Source of the DNA: Nitrososphaerota archaeon
GTDB lineage: Archaea > Thermoproteota > Nitrososphaeria_A > Caldarchaeales > Calditenuaceae
DNA: 64,000 nucleotides
Reading direction: 5' to 3'
Assembly (NCBI GenBank): GCA_038845265.1
Contig: JAWBQR010000002.1
Location: 65,150 to 129,149 of the forward strand
The translations under genes were made by a program, and so were the position numbers. The notes under the pieces were generated by a model, which was given only the letters and a program-made list of their open reading frames with translations, searched no databases and was not told where the DNA came from. Shown one piece after another: positions 8,861-18,863 of the stretch (the stretch's first letter is position 1; each line of letters begins with the position of its first letter).

Positions 8861-8935
8861 GGGCCCGTGGCCTAGCTTGGATAAGGCGCCGGCCTCCGGA
8901 GCCGGAGAACGCGGGTTCAAGTCCCGCCGGGCCCG
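8861..8935 (+). tRNA. tRNA-Arg (anticodon CCG), no intron, CCA not encoded
   Basis: Hand-folded cloverleaf: acceptor GGGCCCG/CGGGCCC, D stem GCCT/AGGC, anticodon stem CCGGC/GCCGG with loop CTCCGGA, T arm GCGGG-TTCAAGT-CCCGC, discriminator G. Confidence 0.95.
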
Positions 8936-9006
8936 GACAATAGAAATTGTATATTTGCCTATCAACATAATTTATTTAGAATTAAAAAATAAAATAATCA
9001 TTTTTA

Positions 9007-10140
9007 TCAAAGACATAATTCTTTTATAAATTTATCATAGATTTTTACTGCATCGTGTATCTGCTTTATTTCTATAAACTCGTTTGGACCGTGGATGTTG
9101 TTTTCTACTTTTCCTGGTCCTAGAATGATTGTTGGTATATTTATTGATTGATAGATTGGTCCCTCGGTTCCATAAGGTGCTACGATTGATTTTTCACCAA
9201 CAATTTTTTCAGCCAGGACTACTAATGGATGATCCTTAGGAATACTTAATGCATCATAGTTAAACTTAGTATTTATTGTTGCATTAAAATCTGGTATTGT
9301 CATCTTGATCTTATTCACTATTTTCTCCAGCTCAGATTTGATGTATAAATCGCTATGGATTGGTATTCTGCGACAATCAACAATTATCTGACAATTTTCT
9401 GGAATTACATTTTCCTTTGTTCCTCCGCTGATCATTGTTGTAGATATAACTGATGGTCCTAAATCTGGGTCTAGTATTTCTCCAAGTCTTTTTCTTAACT
9501 CAGCTACTTCAAGTATGAATCTAGATGCATTTTCTATCGCGTTTACTCCTAGTTCTGGGCGGCTTGAATGTGCACTCTTGCCGTGAAAAGTAATTCTGAA
9601 GACGGTTCCTCCTTTATGCGCCCTGACGACTTTTAGGTCTGTCGGCTCACCTATAATTCCATATTGGGCATCTCGTTTCTTTATCTTTCCATCACTTATC
9701 AGGGCTTGTAGTCCGTCGCATCCAATTTCTTCACCTGCCGTTGCAGCAAAAATTATGCCTCTCTTAAGCCTAGTATTCTTGTAGTTCTCGATCGCCTTCA
9801 CGATTGCCGCTACTGCAGACTTCATGTCAGAGGCTCCGCGACCATATAGCTTGCCATCATGTATCTTTGGTTCAAAGGGCGGTGATTCCCATAGTGACGG
9901 GTCGCCCGCTGGGACAACATCTATATGTCCCGAGAGCAGCAATCCTGCCTGTCCCTGAGGCCCAATCCTAACTAATAGATTAGCACGATTCTCAGCGAAC
10001 CTGTGGAGATATACTTCGCACTGCTCTATTTTTAGGTCCAAGAAATAATCTCGTAGAAAGGCAGCACAAGACTCCTCATTACCAGGTGGGACCTCAGTGT
10101 TGAACTTGATAAGTTCAGCTGCAAGTTCTTCGACTTTCAT
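9007..10140 (-). CDS. M20 family metallopeptidase (ArgE/DapE/LysK-like deacylase)
   Basis: SGHIDVVP, GRGASDMK and GEE motifs of the M20 family. Confidence 0.8.
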   Translation of the reverse strand: MKVEELAAELIKFNTEVPPGNEESCAAFLRDYFLDLKIEQCEVYLHRFAENRANLLVRIGPQGQAGLLLSGHIDVVPAGDPSLWESPPFEPKIHDGKLYGRGASDMKSAVAAIVKAIENYKNTRLKRGIIFAATAGEEIGCDGLQALISDGKIKKRDAQYGIIGEPTDLKVVRAHKGGTVFRITFHGKSAHSSRPELGVNAIENASRFILEVAELRKRLGEILDPDLGPSVISTTMISGGTKENVIPENCQIIVDCRRIPIHSDLYIKSELEKIVNKIKMTIPDFNATINTKFNYDALSIPKDHPLVVLAEKIVGEKSIVAPYGTEGPIYQSINIPTIILGPGKVENNIHGPNEFIEIKQIHDAVKIYDKFIKELCL

Positions 10141-10233
10141 AATTTAAATAAATGATTAATTATATTTATAGATGATTTTTAGTGTGTTATTTTTTCAAAA
10201 AATTTTTTAAACACCATCAACTAACTATTCTCT

Positions 10234-11559
10234 ATGAGTATTTCTAGGTTTTCGAGGTCTATGAAGCTTTTCGATGTTGCTAATGAGTATGTTGTCGGAG
10301 GTGTTCATTCAAATTTTAGGTATAGAGAGCCTCATCCGATATATTTTAGTAGGGCTAAGGGATCAAGGCTCTGGGACGCAGATGGGAATGAATATATTGA
10401 TTGCGTGATAAACATGGGGGCATGTATTCTTGGGCATGGTCATCCCAGAGTTGTAGAGGCTGTTAAGAGTGCGCTTGATGACGGACTTACGGTCGGTCTC
10501 GAGCCAGAAATCAGTGTGGAGGTCTCAAGGATGCTCACAAGAATGGTGCCATCAGCAGAATCTGTCAGATTCTCAAATACCGGTACCGAGGCCGTTATGC
10601 ATGCTATACACATTGCGCGTGGATTTACAGGTAGGTACAAGATAGCAAAGCTTGAAGGAGGATACAATGGTTGGTACGACTATGTATCGGTTAGTGGCCA
10701 TCCACCGCTAGACAAGGCGGGTCCTCCTGAGGAGCCTGTACCAATCCTTAGCAGTGCAGGACTCGCCAAAGACGTGGCCGAAAGCACAGTAATTATTCCA
10801 TTCAACAATATTGAGGCGACCGAGAGAATAATATCTAAACATAGGGAAGATTTAGCAGCAGTCATCATCGAACCTGTAATGTTTAATGTCGGCTGCGCCT
10901 TACCAAAGAAGGGCTATCTAGAAGCTCTGCGCAATCTAACAGAGGAGTATGGCATTGTGCTGATTTTCGACGAGGTCATAACTGGATTCAGGAGCGCGCC
11001 TGGGGGTGCTCAAGAATATTTCGGCGTAACTCCCGACATGTCTGTCTTTGGAAAAGCCATTGCAAATGGCTTTGCGCTTAGTGCAGTTGTAGGCAAGAGG
11101 GAAATCATGGAGACCATTCATCCGAGAAGGGGAAAGGTGGCCTATGCAGGCACCTATAACTCTAACTATATCTCATTGGCAGCAGCTAGAGTCGTACTGA
11201 GCGAGCTGAGTGATGGAAGAGTACAGAAATATTTACATGAGGCTGGTGCAAAGCTTGCTAAGAGGTTCAACGAGATGGCTGAGGAGATTGGCGTTAAGGC
11301 AAGGCTACAACATTTCGCAGGCAAGTTTCAAGTATACTTTACTGATAGAGAGGTCATTGATTATAGATCAGCCGTCAGCTGCGACGCAAAGAAGTATACA
11401 GTCTTCTATGAATCAATGTTGAACTCAGGCATATTCATGCTTCCATCACATACTATTCATCATGGAGTAACCGCGGCACATATGGACGGTGACATAGAAG
11501 CAATTCTCTCATCTATGAGAAAAGCACTCATGGAAGTCAAGAAGCATTCTCCAGATTAA
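10234..11559 (+). CDS. class III aminotransferase, glutamate-1-semialdehyde aminomutase-like (paralog 1)
   Basis: VGGVHSNFRY, NTGTEA, IFDEVITGFR and FGKAIANGF (PLP lysine) motifs. More divergent from HemL than the paralog at 62543. Confidence 0.8.
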   Translation: MSISRFSRSMKLFDVANEYVVGGVHSNFRYREPHPIYFSRAKGSRLWDADGNEYIDCVINMGACILGHGHPRVVEAVKSALDDGLTVGLEPEISVEVSRMLTRMVPSAESVRFSNTGTEAVMHAIHIARGFTGRYKIAKLEGGYNGWYDYVSVSGHPPLDKAGPPEEPVPILSSAGLAKDVAESTVIIPFNNIEATERIISKHREDLAAVIIEPVMFNVGCALPKKGYLEALRNLTEEYGIVLIFDEVITGFRSAPGGAQEYFGVTPDMSVFGKAIANGFALSAVVGKREIMETIHPRRGKVAYAGTYNSNYISLAAARVVLSELSDGRVQKYLHEAGAKLAKRFNEMAEEIGVKARLQHFAGKFQVYFTDREVIDYRSAVSCDAKKYTVFYESMLNSGIFMLPSHTIHHGVTAAHMDGDIEAILSSMRKALMEVKKHSPD

Positions 11560-13070
11560 TTTTTAACTAATGGTTTCCAGGAAAACTCTTCATCAAGTGG
11601 ATAAAGAGGCCTAGGCGCCTTGACGTAATTCAGTGATTTAAGTCTATGGGTCGTAGCCCCTGTAGTATCGGCATGAATTATCTTCTTTGCAAATGGTTCA
11701 TAGTTGGCCTTGAAGCCCGTTATAGACTTGACAAACACTGCTTTTGCCCTCATTGGTTCTAAGCCAACGCATCTATACTGATCTGGCTCGAATGGATTTC
11801 CTGGGAGCTCGCTTATGAGTATCCTCAAGTCGTCGACTGCTAGGACGACCGCTCTGCCCAAATTCACGCTTAATCCCTTGCCCACATCGCCCATAGCGAT
11901 GTATCTTGCATCTCCCCTCCATAGCACTCTGCCTGATACTCTTACAGGCTTACTGAAGGGATCAAGTTTTCCTCCTAACTCTAATTCAACCACATCGTTT
12001 ATCGATGCGGACCACGCGGCTTCGACAGCCCACGGATCAACAATATTCAATAAAACTTCGCCTCCAAGATTCTTGCCTAATAGATTGCTGAGAACGAACG
12101 TGCTATCTCCAGGAGCACCTCCAGTAGTCGCGTCACCGCCGTCCGAGACAACTACAGGGCCCTGACGAGTATTTCTTATAATCTCGATCACCTCACTGAT
12201 CGGCGTCTTTTCCACCATGAATTCTCGTCTCATCTCCCAGCATTTAGAAGATATTTTCCTCGCTGCCTCAGCAGCCTTCTCGGGATCGCCGTCGCTTATC
12301 GCAACTACGCTCCATCCAAGTTCCTCGACATCCAACCAAGGCTGGACAGGAAAGATCGAGACTTCAAGGATTCCTAATTCTTCCGCTATCTTTTTTGCAT
12401 TTTCGAGAAGCGTCTTCATCGGATGAAATCTATGGTCATGCTTCTCGGCGGGAGTTATCATCGGTATCTTGACCCACTTAATGAGTGGGTTAATCAATCC
12501 TCTAGCGGCTTGAAACGTAAGCTCAGCCGCCCTGAATCCTGTCTGATACATATCGATGTGGGGCTCTGTCTTATACCCCACAATTATGCTGCTCTCCGAG
12601 ACCTTTCTCTCCGTAATGTTCGCATGCATGTCAAACGATACTCCGAGTGGGACATCGTATCCGATAATGCGTCTTACCCTGCTTAGAATATATCCATCAG
12701 CATCATCGATTCCCTCAGCTGCCATGGCTCCATGAAGAGATAAAAGAACAGCATCAAATCCATTCGCAGCCTCCTTCTCAACCATCTGTAGCAACTCATT
12801 CAATATTCTCTCCAGACTTTCTCTGAGAATTATTCCTAATGGTGGCGCTCCAGTCCAGATTAATGGCACTAGCTCAACATTGTTTTTTGATGCGGCATCA
12901 ATGACTCCGCCTGCCTCGCTTAGACTGCCCTTAAACCTCTCAATTATTTCTTCACCTTTGTAGAGACCATGAGCCTTTAAGAAATATTCAAAAGTAGTAT
13001 TAACAGGCGTAAATGTGTTTGTCTCCTGCATTATTAAGCCATAGAGAACCCTTAACTTTTTTCCTGACAT
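11556..13070 (-). CDS. M81 family metallopeptidase (MlrC-like)
   Basis: N-terminal IMQETNTFTP motif, SLHGAM, and a size of about 500 aa typical of MlrC-like proteins. Confidence 0.7.
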   Translation of the reverse strand: MSGKKLRVLYGLIMQETNTFTPVNTTFEYFLKAHGLYKGEEIIERFKGSLSEAGGVIDAASKNNVELVPLIWTGAPPLGIILRESLERILNELLQMVEKEAANGFDAVLLSLHGAMAAEGIDDADGYILSRVRRIIGYDVPLGVSFDMHANITERKVSESSIIVGYKTEPHIDMYQTGFRAAELTFQAARGLINPLIKWVKIPMITPAEKHDHRFHPMKTLLENAKKIAEELGILEVSIFPVQPWLDVEELGWSVVAISDGDPEKAAEAARKISSKCWEMRREFMVEKTPISEVIEIIRNTRQGPVVVSDGGDATTGGAPGDSTFVLSNLLGKNLGGEVLLNIVDPWAVEAAWSASINDVVELELGGKLDPFSKPVRVSGRVLWRGDARYIAMGDVGKGLSVNLGRAVVLAVDDLRILISELPGNPFEPDQYRCVGLEPMRAKAVFVKSITGFKANYEPFAKKIIHADTTGATTHRLKSLNYVKAPRPLYPLDEEFSWKPLVKN

Positions 13071-13112
13071 AAATCATCCCGTTCATTGACGTATTTAAGC
13101 GTAGTAGGATTT

Positions 13113-13796
13113 CTATGGCAATAACCTCAATGGCCAGTTTTCCTTTACGTAAGCTCTATCCCAGAAGAGATATTCATATAGTGTCGAAGTCCTGAATGCT
13201 TTTCTGGCTCTAAGAATTTCTACAGCGTCAAGCTTCTCAAATGCCTGCTCGGCAATATTTAATACTTCATTGACGGCTCGTCCGTAGTCCTCTGAGCTAT
13301 AGGTATCTATCCACCTTTGATAAGCCGGGACTGGTGATCCATTTCTAAGCATTTCTAATCCAACTTCTCTGTATACCCAGAAGCATGGAAGTAATGCTGC
13401 AAGGCCTTCCTCGAAAGGCTTCGTCGTAGAAGTAGCGAGAAGATAGCTTGTGTATGCCAAGTTAACTGGCGTCATTGATATTCGTGAAAGCTCCTCTGGC
13501 TTTATGCCCCACTCAGATAAGAGATATTCATGGAGCCAGCGTCTCTCAATTGTCATTGCTGCTCCAGCATCGTTGAATAGGACTGCTGCCCAGTCATCAT
13601 CAGGCGCCTTAGCTCCTACAATCGCGACTGCCCTAGCAAACTCACCTAGGTAAAGATAGTCTTGAAACACGTAGTGCTTGAATATGTCTATCGGGAGGGT
13701 GCCGTCAAGCATATGTCTGATAAATTCATGATTAATTATCGCTTCATAGATATCTGAAATATCCGCCCAGAATTTATCAATAATTCTTTTAGACAT
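13113..13796 (-). CDS. tenA: TenA family aminopyrimidine aminohydrolase (thiaminase II)
   Basis: HEFIRHMLDGTLPIDIFKHYVFQDYLYL and LLPCFWVY motifs. Confidence 0.85.
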   Translation of the reverse strand: MSKRIIDKFWADISDIYEAIINHEFIRHMLDGTLPIDIFKHYVFQDYLYLGEFARAVAIVGAKAPDDDWAAVLFNDAGAAMTIERRWLHEYLLSEWGIKPEELSRISMTPVNLAYTSYLLATSTTKPFEEGLAALLPCFWVYREVGLEMLRNGSPVPAYQRWIDTYSSEDYGRAVNEVLNIAEQAFEKLDAVEILRARKAFRTSTLYEYLFWDRAYVKENWPLRLLP

Positions 13797-13864
13797 ACAT
13801 ATCTCCGTATAAGTCGCTAATTAATTAGCTTATATAATTCTTTTCCTGCTAACAATAAGAAGAA

Positions 13865-15184
13865 TTGAGAAGCTACACAGAGGTCCTAGATAACTCTGCA
13901 TGGACCCGCAGCCACTGGAACATCTTTACAATCATTTCTCTAAACTATCTATTAGATGGAGTCATGTTCTCGATTGCTCCACTCATAGCTGGGCTCCTTG
14001 CACCTGAGCACTACTCACTGATATTTGCAGCGAACCTGCTCTCAGAGACAGTGGGGGCCATTGTTTTTGGAGCCCTTGCAGACAGGGTTGGAAGACGAAG
14101 AATGTTCCTCATATCGCTTACAATCGAGGGTATATCCCTCATATTATTCCTATTCACCTACAGGAATATTTTGGCGCTTGCAGCACTGACATCTGCAATG
14201 ACGTTTGGAATAGGCGGAGAGTTTGGCTCATCCTACTCGGCCTTGGCGGAGCTAATGCCGAAGAGGCATAGGGGTAAAGCAATAACGCTCTCAACAAACT
14301 TCTGGAACATAGGCTCAGCCATAATAGCTGGCCTAGCCCTCATCTTTAAGTCAATATATGGCGACCCAGAGACTCAGCTCCAATACTTACTATTCTCCGC
14401 AGTTTCGATGCTCATTATAGCTGGACTCGGACGCTTTTCTCTCCCTGAATCACCAAGATGGCTCGCGGCCAAGAATAGAGTAAGAGAAGCAGAGCTAGTA
14501 GTAAGCAGTATTACTGGATTCAAGGAGAATTTCTCAGTTCAGACAGACGTTATAGAGGAGCACTCCTTCTTCATTACGCTTCCGCGATACGTTTTTAGAC
14601 TCATCATCCTTGGAGTCGTGACTATAGTGCAGTACGTAACATATAGCATGATGGCTTACTATGCGCCATATGCTCCGGGATTTATATTCGGAGTAGAGTC
14701 AGCACCACTAGTAATATTCATCGCCAACCTAGGCGCCTCAATAGGTGGAATCCTCCTAATACCAATAATTGATAAGACACGTAGATGGACTACACTGCTC
14801 TCATTCCTGGGCGGAACAATTGGAGCATTTTCACTAACAGCTCTGCACTATTTTTCCTACTTAGATCTCGGAGGCATGGCAGTCGTTTTCTTCGTGACGT
14901 TATTCATCACCCTTATATTCTCTGAATGGGCCTGGGCCTCTCTTAGCACTCTTCAGAGCGAGCTATTCCCAACCGGAGTTAGAGCCTCAGTAGTCGGATT
15001 GCTTACAGGATTAACTGGAATATCATCAGCGATGATAGTGCTAGCGCAGCCATCGATCTCAGCCTTCCTCTTTCTCTTAACATCTTCCATGCTTTGGCTA
15101 ATAGGTTTCATCGCGGCTCTAGCTTGGTATCTGAAGGGAGTCGAGAGTGCTGATAAGTCTGTGGAGGAGCTGGCTCATCCATAG
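13865..15184 (+). CDS. MFS transporter
   Basis: About 12 hydrophobic segments and the GALADRVGRRRMF loop 2-3 signature. TTG start as in the ORF track; true start uncertain. Confidence 0.8.
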   Translation: MRSYTEVLDNSAWTRSHWNIFTIISLNYLLDGVMFSIAPLIAGLLAPEHYSLIFAANLLSETVGAIVFGALADRVGRRRMFLISLTIEGISLILFLFTYRNILALAALTSAMTFGIGGEFGSSYSALAELMPKRHRGKAITLSTNFWNIGSAIIAGLALIFKSIYGDPETQLQYLLFSAVSMLIIAGLGRFSLPESPRWLAAKNRVREAELVVSSITGFKENFSVQTDVIEEHSFFITLPRYVFRLIILGVVTIVQYVTYSMMAYYAPYAPGFIFGVESAPLVIFIANLGASIGGILLIPIIDKTRRWTTLLSFLGGTIGAFSLTALHYFSYLDLGGMAVVFFVTLFITLIFSEWAWASLSTLQSELFPTGVRASVVGLLTGLTGISSAMIVLAQPSISAFLFLLTSSMLWLIGFIAALAWYLKGVESADKSVEELAHP

Positions 15185-15236
15185 CATCATTTAAGTTATG
15201 GCAACTAGGTAAAAAGCCTAGGGGGCAAGGAGGAAC

Positions 15237-16079
15237 TTGGCTAGGAAACCATCCATCTTCGAGATAATCGTAATAGGTAATGAAATACTAAGTGGCGCTG
15301 TCCTAGACACTAACAGTAACTGGCTGGCAGATAGGCTATACAAGCTTGGAGTGCACTTAAGAAGAATAACAATCGTAAGAGATGACTTGAAGGAAATTTC
15401 GTCAGCAATTAGGGACGCCGTAAAGAGAGGAGCAGAGTGGATAATTACGAGCGGTGGTCTGGGCCCAACATTTGATGACAAAACCCTTCAGGGCGTATCA
15501 ATAGCAACTAAGAAGCCTATAGCTCTGAACAAGGAAGCAGTCGAGATGCTAAAAGAGAGATATGAGAAGTTAAAAGAGATGGGCGTCATCGAGAGTGCTG
15601 AGCTTACAGAGGCGAGACTTAAAATGGCTAGGCTACCAAGAGGCGCTAAGCCCCTAAGAAATAGGGAGGGCTCAGCACCTGGCGTTATTTTAAAATATAG
15701 AAAGACATGGATTGCTTGTCTTCCTGGTGTTCCAAGAGAGCTTAAAGACATATTCATGAATGAGCTTGAACCATTAATCCGGGACAGAGTCACCGCATTA
15801 AAGCGTCGTCGTCTCTGGATTACTGTAAGAGGGGTTCCTGAATCTACTCTCTCGCCATATATAGACGAGGTTCTGTCAAAGCACCAGAAGGTCTATATCA
15901 AGTCGCATCCTCAAGGAATTGAGGATGGGATATCAAAGGTTGTGCTTGAAATCCTAAGCGAGGATGTCTCTGAACAGAATGCAGATGAAGCGGTGAAAAA
16001 GGCAGGCATAGATCTCATAGATATACTAAAGAGTCTCGGGGCCAAAGAGATAACTAGAAGCGAGGAGAAACCCCTATGA
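15237..16079 (+). CDS. CinA-like molybdopterin-binding (MoCF_biosynth) domain protein
   Basis: FEIIVIGNEILSGAVLDTNSNWLADRL and TSGGLGPTFDD motifs. TTG start; 4-nt ATGA overlap with the next gene. Confidence 0.7.
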   Translation: MARKPSIFEIIVIGNEILSGAVLDTNSNWLADRLYKLGVHLRRITIVRDDLKEISSAIRDAVKRGAEWIITSGGLGPTFDDKTLQGVSIATKKPIALNKEAVEMLKERYEKLKEMGVIESAELTEARLKMARLPRGAKPLRNREGSAPGVILKYRKTWIACLPGVPRELKDIFMNELEPLIRDRVTALKRRRLWITVRGVPESTLSPYIDEVLSKHQKVYIKSHPQGIEDGISKVVLEILSEDVSEQNADEAVKKAGIDLIDILKSLGAKEITRSEEKPL

Positions 16080-17128
16080 CGAACGACCCATTATCATACG
16101 AGAAGATCTACTCTCTGCCTAAATATTCAGATATGATAAGAATGATAGACGAGCAGCCAGCATACTATAAGAAGGGGTTAGAGCTTGGGCAAAAAATAAA
16201 GAAGGAAGAATTAGCAAACCCAAGGACCGTATTTTTCTATGGAATCGGCGGTTCAGGAATTGTTGGACTACTGGTCTCCGGAATCTTTTCATCATTTACT
16301 CGAATACCAATTCTTGCATCAAATGCCGTGAGAATTCCGGACTGGCTTTCTCAAGATGACTTGCTCATAGTTGTCAGCTACTCAGGAGAGACTTATGAGG
16401 CTCTAAGAGCATTCAACGAAGCCATAAAAAGAAGGATAAGATTATTGGCAATGACTTCTGGCGGAAGCCTCGCCGAAATAGCCAATAGGAATAATATACA
16501 ACTGATAGAGCTTAGCAAAGGTTTTCCACCTAGAATGTCGCTGCCGGAAATGGTCGGTGCAGCCATCTCAACGCTTGATAATACAGACATAACGAAAAAT
16601 GCAAGTGAGACCTTACTACAGGCGGTAGATATGCTCACTGAAATAGCAGAGAAAAATGGTCCAAGCAGTCCATATCAAAATAATACGGCAAAAAAGGCTG
16701 CTCTTCATTTTTATAACGGTTTTCCAAGTGTTTTTTGCTCTGGTCACTTATACTTCACTGGACTGAGATTAAAAAACCAGCTAAACGAGAACGCGAAATA
16801 CCCTTGTGTTGTCCATGAGATACCCGAATCTATGCATAACACTTTAGAAGCACTACCATACTCGGACATGGATAAATATTTACTTCTTAGGAGCAGTAGC
16901 GAACCAAAAGATGTCTCGGCACAGATGAGATTTATTTCATCTTCTTTTAGTCATAAGGTAATGGAGGTTTGGTTTAAGGGCAATGAGGTCTACGAGTCAA
17001 TAGCTTCAATAATGTGGGCAGATTATGTCAGCACCTACCTCGCAGCCTTAAGGGAAGTAGACCCAATAACAGTGGCACGTATCGCGGCACTGAGAAAGGA
17101 AGTGGAGAAATCACTTAAAAATACATAA
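16076..17128 (+). CDS. bifunctional phosphoglucose/phosphomannose isomerase (SIS domain)
   Basis: GIGGSG and VVSYSGETYEAL motifs characteristic of crenarchaeal PGI/PMI. Confidence 0.75.
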   Translation: MTNDPLSYEKIYSLPKYSDMIRMIDEQPAYYKKGLELGQKIKKEELANPRTVFFYGIGGSGIVGLLVSGIFSSFTRIPILASNAVRIPDWLSQDDLLIVVSYSGETYEALRAFNEAIKRRIRLLAMTSGGSLAEIANRNNIQLIELSKGFPPRMSLPEMVGAAISTLDNTDITKNASETLLQAVDMLTEIAEKNGPSSPYQNNTAKKAALHFYNGFPSVFCSGHLYFTGLRLKNQLNENAKYPCVVHEIPESMHNTLEALPYSDMDKYLLLRSSSEPKDVSAQMRFISSSFSHKVMEVWFKGNEVYESIASIMWADYVSTYLAALREVDPITVARIAALRKEVEKSLKNT

Positions 17129-17158
17129 ATTAGCCTGAGACCAATACATTTTAGCAAA

Positions 17159-17692
17159 ATGAAGTCTACTTACTCTTTAAAGACGAGGATCATTATAGCG
17201 CTGATCTGTACAGTGGCTTTATACGCCGTGTTCGTAGCAGGCTCCTTAACCCCGGTTGAGCCCGATAAGGCACAGGAAATGGTAGAGGAGTTCAGAGACC
17301 TTGTTGCCGGAATAAACTCTGCCTTCGATATTTTCTTGAATAATTTTGTAATATCATTGATCATGATTGTTCCAGCTCTGGGTGTCATTATTGGGGGATG
17401 GATAGTTTATAATACAGGATTAATAATCTCTTCCTTCGCTAGCCTAGAAGGAATTAGCGTAGTTCTATTCTTGATGCTGCCAATCATAACTATCTATGGA
17501 GTATTGGAGTTCGTTGGTTACGGGACAATGATGTCGGAAGGAATCTTGCTAATGTATGCTATCCGTAAGAAAAGCATAAAATCTGAACTAAAAATTTTAC
17601 CGGTAGTAATAGCTATTGGCGCAGGATTTATAGGATTAGGAGCATTAATAGAATTTTCTCTTTTAACCCTTACGCAAACAATTAGCATTTAG
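17159..17692 (+). CDS. membrane protein, SpoIIM/DUF95-like
   Basis: Four to five hydrophobic segments and the NNFVISLIMIVPALG pattern; family assignment tentative. Confidence 0.4.
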   Translation: MKSTYSLKTRIIIALICTVALYAVFVAGSLTPVEPDKAQEMVEEFRDLVAGINSAFDIFLNNFVISLIMIVPALGVIIGGWIVYNTGLIISSFASLEGISVVLFLMLPIITIYGVLEFVGYGTMMSEGILLMYAIRKKSIKSELKILPVVIAIGAGFIGLGALIEFSLLTLTQTISI

Positions 17693-17782
17693 CAGAATTT
17701 TTAATTTATTTTTTTATTAATTTTGAAAAAATGAGATATAAGATTTATATATAACTAAAATTAAGTATAATTAGTGAATTAG

Positions 17783-18115
17783 ATGGCAAGAATGCCTAAA
17801 GGCTATTCAGAGCCACTAATCTTAAAGTCTCTTCTAAATGCAGCCTTAACGGTTTCACAGATAGAACGAAAAACTAGAATTAAGAAACCAACAATATATC
17901 TTTCAGTAAATAGATTAAGACGAAAAGGATTAGTAAAGTCTGGGAGAGAAAAAAGAAACAAGAAATGGATGTTAACACAAAAAGGAAGAATTGTGGCTAA
18001 AAATCGGATTGAAGGTGAACGAATAATTAAGAGAATCATCAATTCGCTTCGTAAATGCATATCGCTGGGGATTAGTATAAGAGAAGTAGAAAGAATGGTG
18101 TTGTCTAAGAGGTAA
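17783..18115 (+). CDS. small basic winged-helix DNA-binding protein
   Basis: LTVSQIERKTRIKKPTIYLSVNRLRRKGLVKS reads as helix-turn-helix plus wing; 110 aa. Confidence 0.5.
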   Translation: MARMPKGYSEPLILKSLLNAALTVSQIERKTRIKKPTIYLSVNRLRRKGLVKSGREKRNKKWMLTQKGRIVAKNRIEGERIIKRIINSLRKCISLGISIREVERMVLSKR

Positions 18116-18827
18116 AAAGATAAACTAAATGAGAAAAGATATCACCTAATATTAGATCGATGATAAACCCGGCGGTAATAAAAACGACTAGGGGAATGGA
18201 GGGTGTTGCCCATTCTCCGCTTGATAGTGGAGCCCAGAAACTCTCAAATGATGGTGAGAAGTTAAATTTTCGTCTCCCATCTTTTGTTTGTATCTCCATG
18301 GGTCCCCAAAACTTGTGCCTGTCGGGATTCTTTATCTTTGTTCCTAAAAACAATGCAATGGCTTTTCGTACAGGATGATCATCAATATTCTCAAAGAGAT
18401 TCTCTTTTTTTATTAATAATTTATAGAGATTTAAAGGAAGCATGACTAGTGGGATCGAGAGTGAAGATATGAGTCCATTAAGTAGTGTAGAGATGGGTAA
18501 GAATGGATGAATTCTGACACCATTATGCATGAGAGGCAACACAAGTGAAATGGTTATCAGTGCTTTTGCATCAGCTCCTCCATAGAATCCTGCCTTATAA
18601 AACCCAATTCCTAGAACAATAGTAAGAGCTATCGATACTATAACTAAAATAATGTTATGTGCCTCTTGGATAATTAATTGGTCATACAGCATTATTGGAA
18701 ATCCAATAACTACCGAGGCAATCCATACCCAATCATCTATCTCGCGTTTTTTCAAATCAAGATAAGAAGCATACAGTAACGCTAAGAGAACAATTATTAC
18801 ATTAACTAAGAAGGGTGTTGTCTGCAT
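18105..18827 (-). CDS. A24 family aspartic peptidase (prepilin/preflagellin peptidase-like)
   Basis: Polytopic membrane protein with LDLKKREIDD and GGADAKAL catalytic-aspartate motifs. Confidence 0.75.
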   Translation of the reverse strand: MQTTPFLVNVIIVLLALLYASYLDLKKREIDDWVWIASVVIGFPIMLYDQLIIQEAHNIILVIVSIALTIVLGIGFYKAGFYGGADAKALITISLVLPLMHNGVRIHPFLPISTLLNGLISSLSIPLVMLPLNLYKLLIKKENLFENIDDHPVRKAIALFLGTKIKNPDRHKFWGPMEIQTKDGRRKFNFSPSFESFWAPLSSGEWATPSIPLVVFITAGFIIDLILGDIFSHLVYLFTS

Positions 18828-18863
18828 AATAATTTTAAAAAAACACCTGTTAATTAGGCTAGT

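Noticed and set aside
8936-9006. Possible integrated element next to tRNA-Arg (AT-rich DNA directly 3' of the tRNA), and likewise the sugar block next to tRNA-Gln
   Set aside because: There is no integrase, no transposase and no direct repeat of either tRNA 3' half that I could find in the window. I kept only a low-interest composition note.
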